Program-made: the position numbers and the translations under genes
Shown: positions 12,401 to 23,522 of the stretch, in pieces
How the letters are laid out: each line of letters starts with the position of its first letter
Numbering within the stretch: position 1 is the first letter of the stretch
NCBI GenBank assembly: GCA_004764695.1
Contig: SMSO01000034.1
Location: 4,588,001-4,652,000 of the forward strand
Direction: 5' to 3'
DNA from: Schizochytrium sp. TIO01
Lineage: Eukaryota; Protista; Bigyra: Labyrinthulomycetes
Length of the DNA stretch: 64,000 nucleotides
The notes under the pieces: model-generated
Told to the model about the DNA's origin: nothing
What the model saw: the letters and a program-made list of their open reading frames with translations, nothing else
Database searches by the model: none

Positions 12401-13927
12401 CTTGCCAGCTTGGTCCTTGCCACTTTCCTGACGGGGATCTTCCTGATTTAATTGGATAAAAATTCTGGAAGATGGCTGAAGAACACGGAGCCGATGTCTC
12501 GGATTGATCGGCCATGTTTTACAAGTATGATTGCCTCCACTGTTTTCCCGAGTCCACAGTCCACATACCCGCTGACCTGCCCACGATACTGGAAAATCAA
12601 TAGCAGCAAAAAACACTGTGAAATATTGTTTCCACGCCTCCCACGTCATAAAGAAGGTTCCATCCTTTGCGTTTGAATCGATTGGAATAGAAGTAGAGCT
12701 GATATCCCGTCTGTGGCAAATCATATGCCCAAATTCTTTCTTGAGCTCCTTGCGATATTTTTTAAACTCTTCGGAGTTGTCAGACCAAGGTCCACTCCAC
12801 TCTCCAAAACCCCATGGATTGCGAAGACGAACTAACCTGACCTTCCCTTCGTCGGTCTGAATTGTGCCGACGTCGAGCAATGCATATGCATGACGCATAA
12901 AGAGGCCTGTATTATCAACCTTTTGTTCAACTTTAGCGTTTGCTTCGTTAGGATCTGGCTGAATTGAGCAGCCCATCATGCAGCCCCACTCATTTGCATA
13001 CTCGTGCAACCGATTCCACATTTTGTCGTTTGTAAGCCATTGTTCATATTTTGGCTGAAATCCGACATGACCACGCCGAAGGACAAGCTCTTCACACGCG
13101 AGGCCAGTAAAGTCTCTCAAGGCACTGTCTACATAACCTCGAATCAATGAGTCATAGCTTCCATGAAGTTTCGCGTAAGCCTTTTCAAGAAGAGGAACCC
13201 ACAATTCACGGCGGTCTTTACAATGAGCAAATACCGGCTTATTTGACTTGGAGAAGACAGGTAGGCTGTCATCAACTATAACAAAATACCACTGGTTATC
13301 TTTGAAGAATCTGCATACACGAAAACCGTACTTGCACATTTCCATTTGTCGCTTCCTATCTTTTGACCTCCAGAAAACCTTGGCGAGAAGATCTGGACGC
13401 GATGCCAACAGACTCATACCGCTGAGAAGCCAACAATCACCTAGACGTCCTTGGATTACATCATTTGCATTAACACCGTCTGCAAAAAGCCTTGCTTCCT
13501 CGCAGAACCAAGAACCACGGGTGGCACTAAGAGTTTCATCCTCGTTCGCCTTGGTTTCTGTGTCTTCGTCTTCGTCTTCAGTCGCGTCGCTTAGAACAGA
13601 TGACTCCTGACACGCGACCCCACTAATTAGTTGAAAATCGTTCGCCCAACGCGGGCGTCGCCACTCACATTGAGAAGGATCTGCGTAATTTCTGTCAGGG
13701 GCCTTTCCAGTGCGGTAGAAAGCTAGGGAGCCATCGGGATCAGATTTCGAAGGACCAAATGAGGAGTCTTCGAAGGTCCCGCTCTTTTTAGCACATTCTT
13801 GAATAAGCTTCTCTACAGCCTGCTCCACAGGTCTCTCAGCTTCTTCCCAGGCCTTTTGCAGGTCGGTGTGGCGGTCAAGCTTGAGAGCCCCCACGGACAC
13901 GATTGTCCAGTGGCTCTTAATTGGCAT
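9461..13927 (-). CDS. Calpain (CysPc + domain III) fused to coiled coil and EML-type HELP/WD40 beta-propellers
   Basis: 1488 aa ORF. Calpain triad QGRLGDCWLL / HAYAL / RNPWG, plus ELWVPLLEKAYAKLHGSY and domain III GGNHTCKTWPINP...GEYVIVPST. C-terminal EML motifs LELGWVYGF, GHTDDI, GHFQGELWGLAAHP, DGTDINA, GHASHVTNVAF. Confidence 0.9.
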   Translation of the reverse strand: MPIKSHWTIVSVGALKLDRHTDLQKAWEEAERPVEQAVEKLIQECAKKSGTFEDSSFGPSKSDPDGSLAFYRTGKAPDRNYADPSQCEWRRPRWANDFQLISGVACQESSVLSDATEDEDEDTETKANEDETLSATRGSWFCEEARLFADGVNANDVIQGRLGDCWLLSGMSLLASRPDLLAKVFWRSKDRKRQMEMCKYGFRVCRFFKDNQWYFVIVDDSLPVFSKSNKPVFAHCKDRRELWVPLLEKAYAKLHGSYDSLIRGYVDSALRDFTGLACEELVLRRGHVGFQPKYEQWLTNDKMWNRLHEYANEWGCMMGCSIQPDPNEANAKVEQKVDNTGLFMRHAYALLDVGTIQTDEGKVRLVRLRNPWGFGEWSGPWSDNSEEFKKYRKELKKEFGHMICHRRDISSTSIPIDSNAKDGTFFMTWEAWKQYFTVFFAAIDFPVSWAGQRVCGLWTRENSGGNHTCKTWPINPRHRLRVLQPSSRIFIQLNQEDPRQESGKDQAGKQFPLSFRVLSAKDQGGRPPDVIPNSQPSVEQPPYKRHLSIDVDLTLDAGEYVIVPSTLNPGSIGKYAVQVYSDKPIALEDGELIAEEEEQNGEHVTFDYDTISVVPSTSQVQNWLKFEEYKAQLCERASRAGVSLKQLANMFKDSMEDGITWQTWKDRLAKVGIAPNKAEFDVFSGVDSTMDRSELDNLVEHQNAYIQSYGTAGVGDESFFTGPNVIEDFGSGDEALPGHSMDSYKDAPNAQRDLLEGLVTASKLLRNENEDLRAELDSIREEQARMMSVLLIYGKILQSFDGEVLKPEELLKKSTRHPYNGPDLDKLFSKASKALASHPAPKTHHRVNEFAPVQRRTTRGSLSLNLDLLDEGDEFLAIKPWKGAIKAPSKIPRVPPLEHKLELGWVYGFNSSARDAVFSNSSGQLVYFAAALGIIYDCGKHSQTFFSGHTDDIICMDMDVRGEKVVTGQMGKKPFACVWDARTGSLICKLEDSKLSRQVTRVQFSEDGSEVLTVGGDDSHTLILFDAHTGKKKLDRKGEKSDCFCVTHNGKQFITGGAKYLVSLDKSLKSKRMSFGEIGGGIPSAVKSAVRLAQGYVATGTSEGKVQLWSPDLKCVDSVNMKTPVASLWFDGSSSLLYSGHHDGTLVSWTVKNDKLVQEGSGAKFEHPVRAVLKNHVALASGVIIDRKSEANIVTGHFQGELWGLAAHPSSNRIATAGDDKILRIWDAKGRTQHAQYTLPAVSRTLAWSSDGRFLAVGLAENKVMLFDADSLKHIQTAVKGKKKKSAQTNKSRPPYISCLEFSPNGKYLAAGSSDSKVYIMSASDLSKKFAFSASTSTVTHIDFSKTSEYIRTSDASYELLFYSLVTQKQHTFASDLKDTEWATTNCPLTWETEGIWQAEADGTDINACCRLVSSDPAAPALLATSDDFGEVRLFPFPFPEDMKGKAQFAIGSGHASHVTNVAFVSLDTLVSTGGNDRTVMQWNIVSS

Positions 13928-15016
13928 TTTTGTTTCCTGATTTGATGCTCAACAACACTCGGCAGGGCCTCGCGTTCGCACCCTGAACCAGGGCTTCAGG
14001 GAGCACGAGGTAGCTGGTGAATGCGAAATGATACGCGTCGACCTTGTGTGCCCGATTGCTCCTTCACGGGCAGCACAGCGTTTGGCTATGCCTATTATTC
14101 GTGATGTTTCTCACAGTTGAAAATTAATGATGAGATTGTAATACATTATCCTCATAAATAATTCAACTGATTACCTAAATATGAAATGCACACCCTTTAC
14201 AACAATTTAAAGAAGAACTTCAAGTAGCCCTCTCCCATTACATAGATATAGCTTGAAGAACTGTTTTGCTTATGGATCTGCTAATTTTACCGTTGGATCA
14301 GTCTATCAGTGTGTACTCCTCTAGAGACGTTATGAAACCAAATTCCATAGGCATGCGCTCGTATGATCCCTTAGAAGGTAAAATTCATCAACACCGCATC
14401 CAGAACGAAGAAACTGAAGGACGGAAGCGTTGACAGGCTTCCCGTGTTTTAATTTGGTGATCAGTTTACATGTAAATGTAATTTACATTTAGCGATTTAT
14501 TTATTTACTATTCCCAATCACATAGTTCAGTTCCAGCCAAAATAGCCTTATTAGAAATAAACCATAACTGATCGATAGGCTGAATGAAACCTGTGTCAGG
14601 ATTTTGAGTCTTTTGGCTTTGCAAAAGTGACCTCTTTGTCGTTCTTAATCCATGTGCTACTATTATGTTTTGATTTGGCATGTATAATATTGTAGTTGGG
14701 ATTTTAATTCTAATCTATCTTTAATTTTAAATTTTAAAATGAGATTTTTAATTGAAAATCTATGCTGCTTTGATCTCAATGTCTAACCGTATAAATTGGT
14801 GAACGGGTCAACGTTAAGGAAATTTCCTTGTTGTGAGAAACGAAGCGGTGTGTGGACTGAAATATAATTTTGATATTAAAACACAGTAGTAGTTGGTTCA
14901 ATTACAGAAACAGATTTTTGCTTGAAGAGTCGGAGTTTGCATGCTCGATTAAAGTCAAGACTTGAATGTAATATGCCGATTAAAATTGGCTGGCTAGGAA
15001 CAACTTTGAGGCAAGC

Positions 15017-16387
15017 TTAGACATATTCATCACTGTCATCATCGCTATCTGCCGCCGATGCCACGTGCACTCGGGTTTCCTTTTGAGTTTGGCGGGGAGG
15101 TGGTTTTAATTCGTCCTCGAATTCGGTGTGGAATGATGCAGCTTTTTGTCTAAATTGCTCCACAGTTTGATATGTTGAAAGCTCATTCAGCTCTTTCATG
15201 TTAATTTTGAATGAAGTGTTGGTGAAGGAGTTGTCTTCTGGGTGTGTAACTTCATCCTGGTCAGCGTTCATCTCTTGAATACGTTGGACTCGTGCACGAA
15301 GGACCTCCCATACATACCACTGGACGGATGCGAGGACACCGAGGATTGCCAAAATGAAGAGGTCGTTCAAAAGTGTTACAGGGCTAACCTTGCCAACCTT
15401 GGCGTACTCTTTCCAATTAAGTGCAAGGCCTGCATATGCTGCGCCCCCAATAAGTACAAGAGTCGCAAAGAAACAAGTGGAGCGGCTTGTGGTGCGGATA
15501 AGGCGCAACATATCGCGGTAGCGTTCAGTTGACATTTTGGAGCCTCCCGTACGCTTGTGAATGTTCCGAGCCGATGTAGTCACGGTGGACCCTCCCTCAT
15601 TCGGGCTATCCTGTGAGCTCGAGGTGGTTGCATTATAATGTCCGTGAGTAGAGGTGATACTGTTGAGTAGCGAGGTCATTTTGTGCTGGCCAATAAGAAA
15701 AGTCACAACAACAAAGAGAATAAAAGGGAATGAGACCAAAGTCGCATAGAAAGGAACATTCGCAGCCATGACAGCAATAATTGCAATTGCATAGGTTATT
15801 TCGAAAGCAATAATTACCTTTCGGTACCACGTCAAGTATGCAACCTGGTGACGGAGCCTCCTCGACTCGTCAGCAACTTGGAGCCACATGAGTGAAATGT
15901 TTAGCCCCGAGAGTGTGGTGAAGCACGCAGTTAATGCAGTTAGGGTGCGATCAGGTACTGTGAGCTCTGTAAGCTTGTCGGTGTCACCTGATATGTGCAT
16001 GTAGTAGAGATCCGGGCGGGTAAACATGACAATATTGACCAAACGCCATGCGAAGAGTAGCCAAAGGGCAAGGTTGCAGAAGATTGCTGTGATATTACCT
16101 GCGGTGAAGAACTTATTTTCGCGATCTACACGATACACCCGCCAGATCGTGTATGCGCCAAGAAGACCCCAGATAAGTGCTCCTAGTGCAGTGAGACTTT
16201 GGATACTGAGAGACACATAGGTTGGCATGGAGAGTTCAAGGCAGTCGTCTCCTGTCCAACCATACCATGTTGCGCATGCGCAGGTAGAATTGCCCACATC
16301 ATCCCCGAATCCTTCGTAGAACCAAGATTGCTCAGATGTGTAGCATATAAGCGTAGTAGGGCAGTCCCAGTCTGTAGTGCAGGTCAT
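15017..16387 (-). CDS. EGF-like Cys-rich / 7TM receptor-like protein, paralog 1
   Basis: 456 aa. N-terminal CTTDWDCPTTLICY...CACATWYGWTGDDC, seven hydrophobic segments, Ser/Thr-rich loop between TM5 and TM6, ends DEYV. Clearly homologous to 23523-24893 and 28469-29770. Confidence 0.85.
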   Translation of the reverse strand: MTCTTDWDCPTTLICYTSEQSWFYEGFGDDVGNSTCACATWYGWTGDDCLELSMPTYVSLSIQSLTALGALIWGLLGAYTIWRVYRVDRENKFFTAGNITAIFCNLALWLLFAWRLVNIVMFTRPDLYYMHISGDTDKLTELTVPDRTLTALTACFTTLSGLNISLMWLQVADESRRLRHQVAYLTWYRKVIIAFEITYAIAIIAVMAANVPFYATLVSFPFILFVVVTFLIGQHKMTSLLNSITSTHGHYNATTSSSQDSPNEGGSTVTTSARNIHKRTGGSKMSTERYRDMLRLIRTTSRSTCFFATLVLIGGAAYAGLALNWKEYAKVGKVSPVTLLNDLFILAILGVLASVQWYVWEVLRARVQRIQEMNADQDEVTHPEDNSFTNTSFKINMKELNELSTYQTVEQFRQKAASFHTEFEDELKPPPRQTQKETRVHVASAADSDDDSDEYV

Positions 16388-18499
16388 GGTGACGGCAATT
16401 AAAGCTTGTGAAAACTTGCCACAATGAGATATGATAGATTATCGATATGACAAGGTGCTTGATCCTAGAGCAGTTTACTAACTTGACTCAATATATGTTG
16501 GGGCTTTGTTTTGGTAAGACTAACTGCTACCTTGCAAGTTGTCCCTCGATTATCTGGTTCAAAATCACTGCACGTGCCAATGTAAACTTCTACCGTTTGA
16601 ACTTAATTTCGCGCAAGATATCCCTGAAGCAATTATATGTCTGTTGATGAGAGAATGAGAGTTATTAACCTCTGAGACGCTAGCGAGCAAACTTGCTGTG
16701 ACCAACTCGTATGCAAGAAGTTTGAGGTTTGTTGCTACATCTTGCGCATGTAGGTGTTACTTTTATACCTTTACAAGGATGTAATGCAACAATTACTTAC
16801 AAATAGAAAGTGATGACATACACCATTAGTGTAAACCATAAGTGCCTCTACTTCGATGCTACCTAACACACCAAGTAATAAAAGAGAAGAAAAGGAACAA
16901 AAAAACACTAAAAATACTCGTGTCCTTTTAAATAATTAGCTTCTAGAGAGAAAGGCGGACGGCTTGGCTCAGCTGGCTGGCGTTGACAAATCCACGCGAG
17001 TGGCGACCTGTGAATAATGCTGACTGGGTGTTGCGGAAGTTGGTGGCGGTCCACTCTAGCTTTAATAATCGTAGACTATCTCCACCAGTCGGGATTTGAG
17101 GTTCTGGTTTTAAAAGTTTTAAATCTGCAACATCGCAAAAAAACAAAACAAAAAAAAAACATCCAAAGATGTTACTTGAAATCAATCACTCAGTCATAAG
17201 CTGATGGCGCTAGAAATCCAATCCACAACTTTTACACATCGCATGAGTTAAGACAGGTCGATATTGTACCGGATGGTTGTCTTGTTGCTAGCTAGTTGCG
17301 CTTGAGTACGTCTGCTCGGGTTTATTTTAAATTCCAAGCTTTTTCCTTTTAGTTGTATTATTCTTTTAAAATATATTTTTATTTTATCCATCTGTTTTTT
17401 TCCAAGCTTTATATACATACTATTAATCCTAAATTAAGCTCTGCACGTGCACAGGTGCACGCTCTCTCCAAGCTGCCTGGCACCTAGAGAAGAGTCGTAG
17501 TACTAGTCCAACTTGAGCTCTACCTTGGGGCATGTGCTTACTAGGTACGTACTAAATCATGATTCGCTCCAAGGTTAGATTTCATTTCTACAGTGTCAGG
17601 CGAAGTTCTGAGGCGTTCTTTCGCAGCTTGGGTGCCATTTTCCACTGTTCATCCGCACCAAGGTCGTGGAGCAGCGTTCGTAACAATATGGGCTGGCAAA
17701 CTGTCGTAGCAAAAGCACTGGTCGAATCCTCCGAACTCGCAATTGCTTTTCATGGGCTGGCCACTAATTTAGTTTCATTTCAACCTCACCTTTAAGAAAG
17801 AACTTGGAATAGCAATACTTCTTGCAAGGTAGGAAGTTGTGATGACGATGCAGGAGGTGCACACCCCCACCTAAGCAACTTCTCAGATGCAGCCCAGCTG
17901 ATTGAGAAGAACAGGCTTTACACATGATGTTTTATAGTGATGTGCTATTTGTTTGTCGAGAAGTGAGAGATCATTCTCCTTAGGGCGTTTGTACTTCACG
18001 CGCATCTGCACTTGTTTCGAACCGAAAAGTCGCAATCTCGAGACTCACCCAATTCCCCTGCTTTAGTTCTTCTTCTTCGTGAATCGTGACCCTCTTTCTC
18101 TCCCTTCAACTTCATGACTTCTATTCTTTCCTTCTTTCCTTCTTTCCTTCTTTCCATTTTTTTTTTATAAATCCTTTTATTTTCTCATTTTGTAAATTTC
18201 TAAACTACTTCTGCGTGTGCTTATGCAAGCCAGTAATGGGCCCACTGGACGCGGCAGAAGGGTCGCTGCATTCCATACCAAGAAAGAACGTGAAGGCTGA
18301 GGCTAAACGATCTCAGACATCTTTGTTTAGTATAAATTTCAAGCTGCAGCCATTATTTTACATTTCCAGAAAGCAACTTTGCACAGTGGTTTGTGATTGA
18401 AGATAAAATAATATATATATATATATATCTTTATATATAGGTATATACAATATTTATTATTATTTATTATTATTTTTTTAAATGGGAATTGTTACAAAA

Positions 18500-18813
18500 A
18501 TCTGAATTTGGTTGGCGGATTCGGAGCGCAAGAAAGTTCAAGTTGAGAAGCGCGATCTTGGTGCACTATAACTAATTCCACGACCGCTGTTTCTGCAGAA
18601 CTGCACGTGCTGCGAACATTGCTTGCAATTGCAGGGATTTTCTCGCAAGAATAGGGAGAAGAGGCACCTTTTAACGATGGAGATGTAAAGTAAAGTGCAC
18701 TGCCGAGCTTGTGCACGGGCTGTGAACTTAAAGGATTGCGCACTGTAGTGCAGTGCACTCTCATCGGTTATCAGGACGTGCAAGATCTGCAAGAGGTCAA
18801 GAGATCTATGCTA
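18500..18813 (+). pseudogene. Possible FYVE-type zinc-finger relic
   Basis: One frame reads CEHC...*SKVHCRACARAVNLKDCAL*CS...IRTCKIC. Spacing resembles FYVE (CxxC, RHHCRxC, RVCxxC), with in-frame stops. Confidence 0.25.
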
Positions 18814-21800
18814 GGGAAATTACTACGTGTCACTTGGATCAGTTCTCCGTGGTCTTGGTGCCAGAGGAACCAAATATGGAGTAGTAAGGAGCACGCAGTA
18901 CCTACCTAAGTATCTATCTATCTATCTATGTGTTTATTATCGCTATCTACCTCGGACTATTTGCAGATCAACGAATCACTCAATGAATCAATCAATAAAC
19001 AAACACCCAAGCGCCGTACACGTCTCAGCGGTGGATACCTTTGCAGGATCAAGAACTCGGTAGGCGAAACGCCCGAAATCAGAAACCTCAAAGCTTATTT
19101 GAGAATTATGAATGAACGAAGGAGAAGATTCCTGTTAAGTTGAATTAAACATTGTTTATCCATGCGCCTTTTGAGATTTCTCACCGATGCTAATTGTCCA
19201 TTAGCCTTTGAGATGCACTACCAATCAAAGGTTCGCTGCTGTACCTGCCCGAATCTATAGCAACTTCCTCTGATGGTTATTTGATTGCTTGTATACAAAG
19301 TCGAGTTGGCTTGATAAGGATTGCAAATAAGGTTCTTCAGCACAAGTGCCCGAACTTAGGAAAAGCTTAGTTCATCTATTAAATTAAGCTCCGCTAGAGG
19401 ATGAAGAGAAAGAAGGTTTTATTTTGGCATGAAAGAAGAAAATGTGTTACCCCTAAAGCGCTTTCGGGGTCTAGTTTATATGCTAAGTAGGTGCTTATCA
19501 GGTGAGAGAAAAATTATTTAAGAAAAGAAAAAAGAAAAAGAAAAAACGAGGGAATCTCGAGGTCCGAGAGCATACTACGTACCTTGCATCTAGTTCTGTG
19601 TTATGAATGGAGGCGCATCTAAGGTAAAACAAAAAACCTTTATTTGGCTTGTAACGTGGCAATAAAACCTCATTTCGTGGTACATGATGGACTTCTGATT
19701 AAGAGTTAGGTTCGAGTGAAAAGAACGCAGTGTTTTGTTTAAAAGGAATTATAAATATTGCCTAAGTAAATAAATAAAGAGGTTACTTGAAGTAAATTGA
19801 CTCTCGTTCTACGCAAGCAGGTAGGAAGGTATCTAGTCCCTCGCTAAAATGTAAGTAATGAAAGTTTACGATGAGTGTGTATAACAGTGTGCTACACGAT
19901 ACTAGCACGTTCATGTGCTTCGAAAATTAAAGTTTCGTTTCGCTAATAGTGCCTATATATTTAGTAGTTTTGAAAGGCCTTGAAAACGGCCCATTCCGCT
20001 CCACTTGCTAAGTAAAAAATAAGTTTAAAAACTATTTTCATAATTACAAGACAATAAAAAGAAGAAGAATAAAACTTCCTTTTCGAAAAGATTTCGAGTA
20101 ACCTGTACGCGGCTTAAACTTATTCAGTCATTGGGATAATTGGGATAGTCGTAGCACGCACTCTCTCTCTAAATTCACAGCAACATCAGATGAAGTCTAA
20201 AGGGAAAATGTGATATTACCTACCTTCCGCCGCCAGTTTCTGTCAGTTTCGGGTGCAAGATGGCTACCCGCCTGTAAAAAGCAAATTAAGATGAGGCGCA
20301 CGCCAGGTTCTATGATTTAGGTTGGGCATGAGAGTGTCTGGCCAATCGAGATATGTTGTTGTGTGGGAGCACACATACTCACCCTCTTGGCCTTTCCTCA
20401 GTCTACTTACTCACTCGCCAAATAGCTCGCTCCGCACGCGCTCTGCTTTGAGATGGTTCGTACTTGAAGAGCAGAGACTTGATTTGACTGTACCCAGGAG
20501 ACTTAATCAACCTCTAAAGTTGCAACTGAGTTTTGCAAAACCAACAGAGAAGTATATTGACCTATGTCCAATTGCTAGACTGTACGAAATAGCTTTGGGG
20601 AAATAATGTATACAAATGAATGCAAATGAATGCAAACTATTCACTTCAAATGCTGAAAAGAAAGTACCTGCTGCAACGAACTCATCTTTGCCAAGAATTT
20701 CAAATAGTCTGCGAAATTGAGCCATGTTAAAGCACGTCGTGAGTACATTATACCTCCACATGTAGAATTTAGAGGCTTTAGATAAACGGTTTGATTTAGG
20801 GATTTAATTTATCAAACAAGAGAATACACAAAACAAATGATTGGGAGGTATTAGTGCAAGTACCTACAATCATAAAATTGTGTACAATAGCGACACCCAA
20901 TTCACTGCACAACTGCTGTTAGTAGTAAGGATTTTACCATGTATGTACTATTGTGTTCCTGCACAACTCGGAGTAACACGACATCTCCAGCCCGAGGTTT
21001 CCTTCATCGGAAACGAGGGAGTCCTAAAATAACACATCGCAACCTTGTCAACTATGGATGATACCTACAATTTGCAAAAGCTGGCGCGTGCCTTTTGAAT
21101 CATCAAAATGTAAGCTTGGCCGAGAAGACTCGTGTCGAAATTCTGATATTTCAAATTCGCTTCATGAAAGGCAACATGTATACTGTTTATTAAATATGTC
21201 GTGCCTCAAAGGATGCCAATGAGTAAGAATACTCCATTCTATGTTATTCAAAGATTTCCATTTTGGCGCTCTTTCATGAAGTGTGTGTATGTATTGTGTG
21301 GAACTAGAGCTGGGCGATCGTGACACGGACTCATTTGGACCTCCGGGCTCCGTGCGAGCGAGGGATATTGTAACAACACTAAGCTTCAAGTTAAAATACT
21401 AGGTAAGTTAAATATAGCAGCTTGAGTTACAATGCCTGTACTTGTTCTTGAGTTTGTGCCCGCTACGGAAATCCAAGACATTAGCGAAATTCCATCAGTC
21501 TTCAAGTTTGTTCAGTACGCACAGTATAGTTTGAGGCAGATGATCTTATTGTATAACTTCAGGTTGTGAACGGCACGAACATGTGTGCACGACAATTTCT
21601 TTGTTCAAGTGCGCTGCCCCACCTCTAATGCTTGCTACATGCTATTTGAAGCAATATGACTGCTAGGGCGTGCGCCAATTTTGAGGCCAAAGTGTACGTT
21701 GAGGAAGACACGATACCCACTGAGAGTCGTTCGAGCTATATTTTGTTGTTGCCGGCGAGATGGGTACCAGAGACCGATAGCTCGGTCTCACCTACCTAGA

Positions 21801-23522
21801 GGTTCTTCACAAGAAGCAATATGAAAAAGCAGTCCCGTTAATTTTTGTCGCTGGAGGACTCAAGTGACTACAAGCAGCCATAACAGTCAACATGCTTGGA
21901 TCTTGGCAAGCAGGTCTATCATCAAAGAGTCAAGGCATTTAGTTACATTGAATTGCCCATGTACCTAAGCCTAGCTTCGCATGGAAATAAATTGCGGCGT
22001 GCCACGCGCTAATCTACTGCTTCTTGATTTCAGAACTAAGGTGACCAAACTTGTAGTTATTTCTATTCCAGAAGGGCCCGTCTTGGGAGCCTTGAAGGTA
22101 CGGAACGCAAAAGCAAGGCGTCAAACATAAGGAAGAAAGGTTTAATTAAATTTTTCTTCTGCATATTCAACTAGCTTAAATCATACAATGCAAGCTCTGT
22201 AGCTCGTGCTCAAGCTATTAACTTATATACTCCCTTCTCGGGGTGGAAAATCTGCTTTAACGAGCAGTATATCGGATTCTCTCGAGCACATCTATCATCT
22301 TAGCTTCAAGCTGTTTACCACACCAAGAGTTGGATGCTATTGTACCAGAAGAGGAGCGACGCTCCGGCTGACCGGGCGGAGCCTATAAAGATCTAATTTG
22401 AGCGCAAGCCTATTCCGAGTCTACCTCTTATTTGAGTTCTTCCTCATTTCAGACGACAGAGTAGCTTGCATCATCATCATTAACAATAGCAGCAGCAGCA
22501 GCAGCAGCAGCGTCGCCTTGCCGTCTTGCTTTGGAAGTCCTGGTGCGCTCGTACCCAATGTCGAAAATGGAAATCCGCAAGCACACGAGCAAATGACTAA
22601 AGGAAGCTACGCAACAGCTTACAAGATGTGCGTGCAATTTAATGATGTAGCGATACCGCCCGATACAAAAACCTGGGGTCCGAATGACAGCAAAGTTTGC
22701 ACACAGAAAACTTACATTTTATTATTTATTATCAATAAATATAATTTTTTTCAAAATATCTTTTAAAAAGTAAATTAAACAAGTTGCACAGAAGTTTGGA
22801 AGGAGTGCCGGGCTCATCAAAACACAAGGTTTCAGGGATGTAATAAATTACAGGGGAACCGAACAGAAGAGGATAAGAACGTAAAGACTTCTATGTAGGT
22901 ACGTAGGAGTAAGAACTGCTTAGAGGTGTAGGTCCCGTGTTTTATTGGGACCAGGGTCCGAGATGCCGCCTATGTACGCCAAGATGCGCATCTAGCCATA
23001 AGTAGGTTTGGGGTGATTGGTGCGCAGAGATGATATGCAGTGAGGTGGACCCTTTTGATAGTAGTATTACCAAAGTGTTATAATTTGGATGAAGAAACGA
23101 ATCTTCGCATTAGAGAGAAAAGCCCTCCAAGATGTGAAGATGCAGGCGCATTCTCTTTTCAATGCTTTTTGAAGAACATGTGTTACAAAATTTGATTGAC
23201 TGATAATTTGAGTTGTGGTGGTAGTGCTCTCTTTAGCCTTGGGTATTGTTTCTGTTTCTTTGCATTTCCTTGGATTGTTTTACAAAAACATTGTTTTCCT
23301 AACATTATTCATCACGAAACACTCCTTTGCTTGGTAAAACGTACAGCAATGTCTATATGAGCTCTGACAGCAGGTTTTATGTAAGCTCTATTTATGATTA
23401 TTCGTGTTTTCAAGTGAATTGTGTCAAGACCGTTATACCGAAAGGGGAGATTCTCTTCATAGTTGAACAAAATAAGCCATGAGAATAATCAAGTGGCTCC
23501 TAACCAAGCTGTTTATACTCTC

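Noticed and set aside
21430-21660. Second kinase relic (VLVLEFVP...HDNFFV)
   Set aside because: No HxD or DFG motif is recoverable without several assumed frameshifts.
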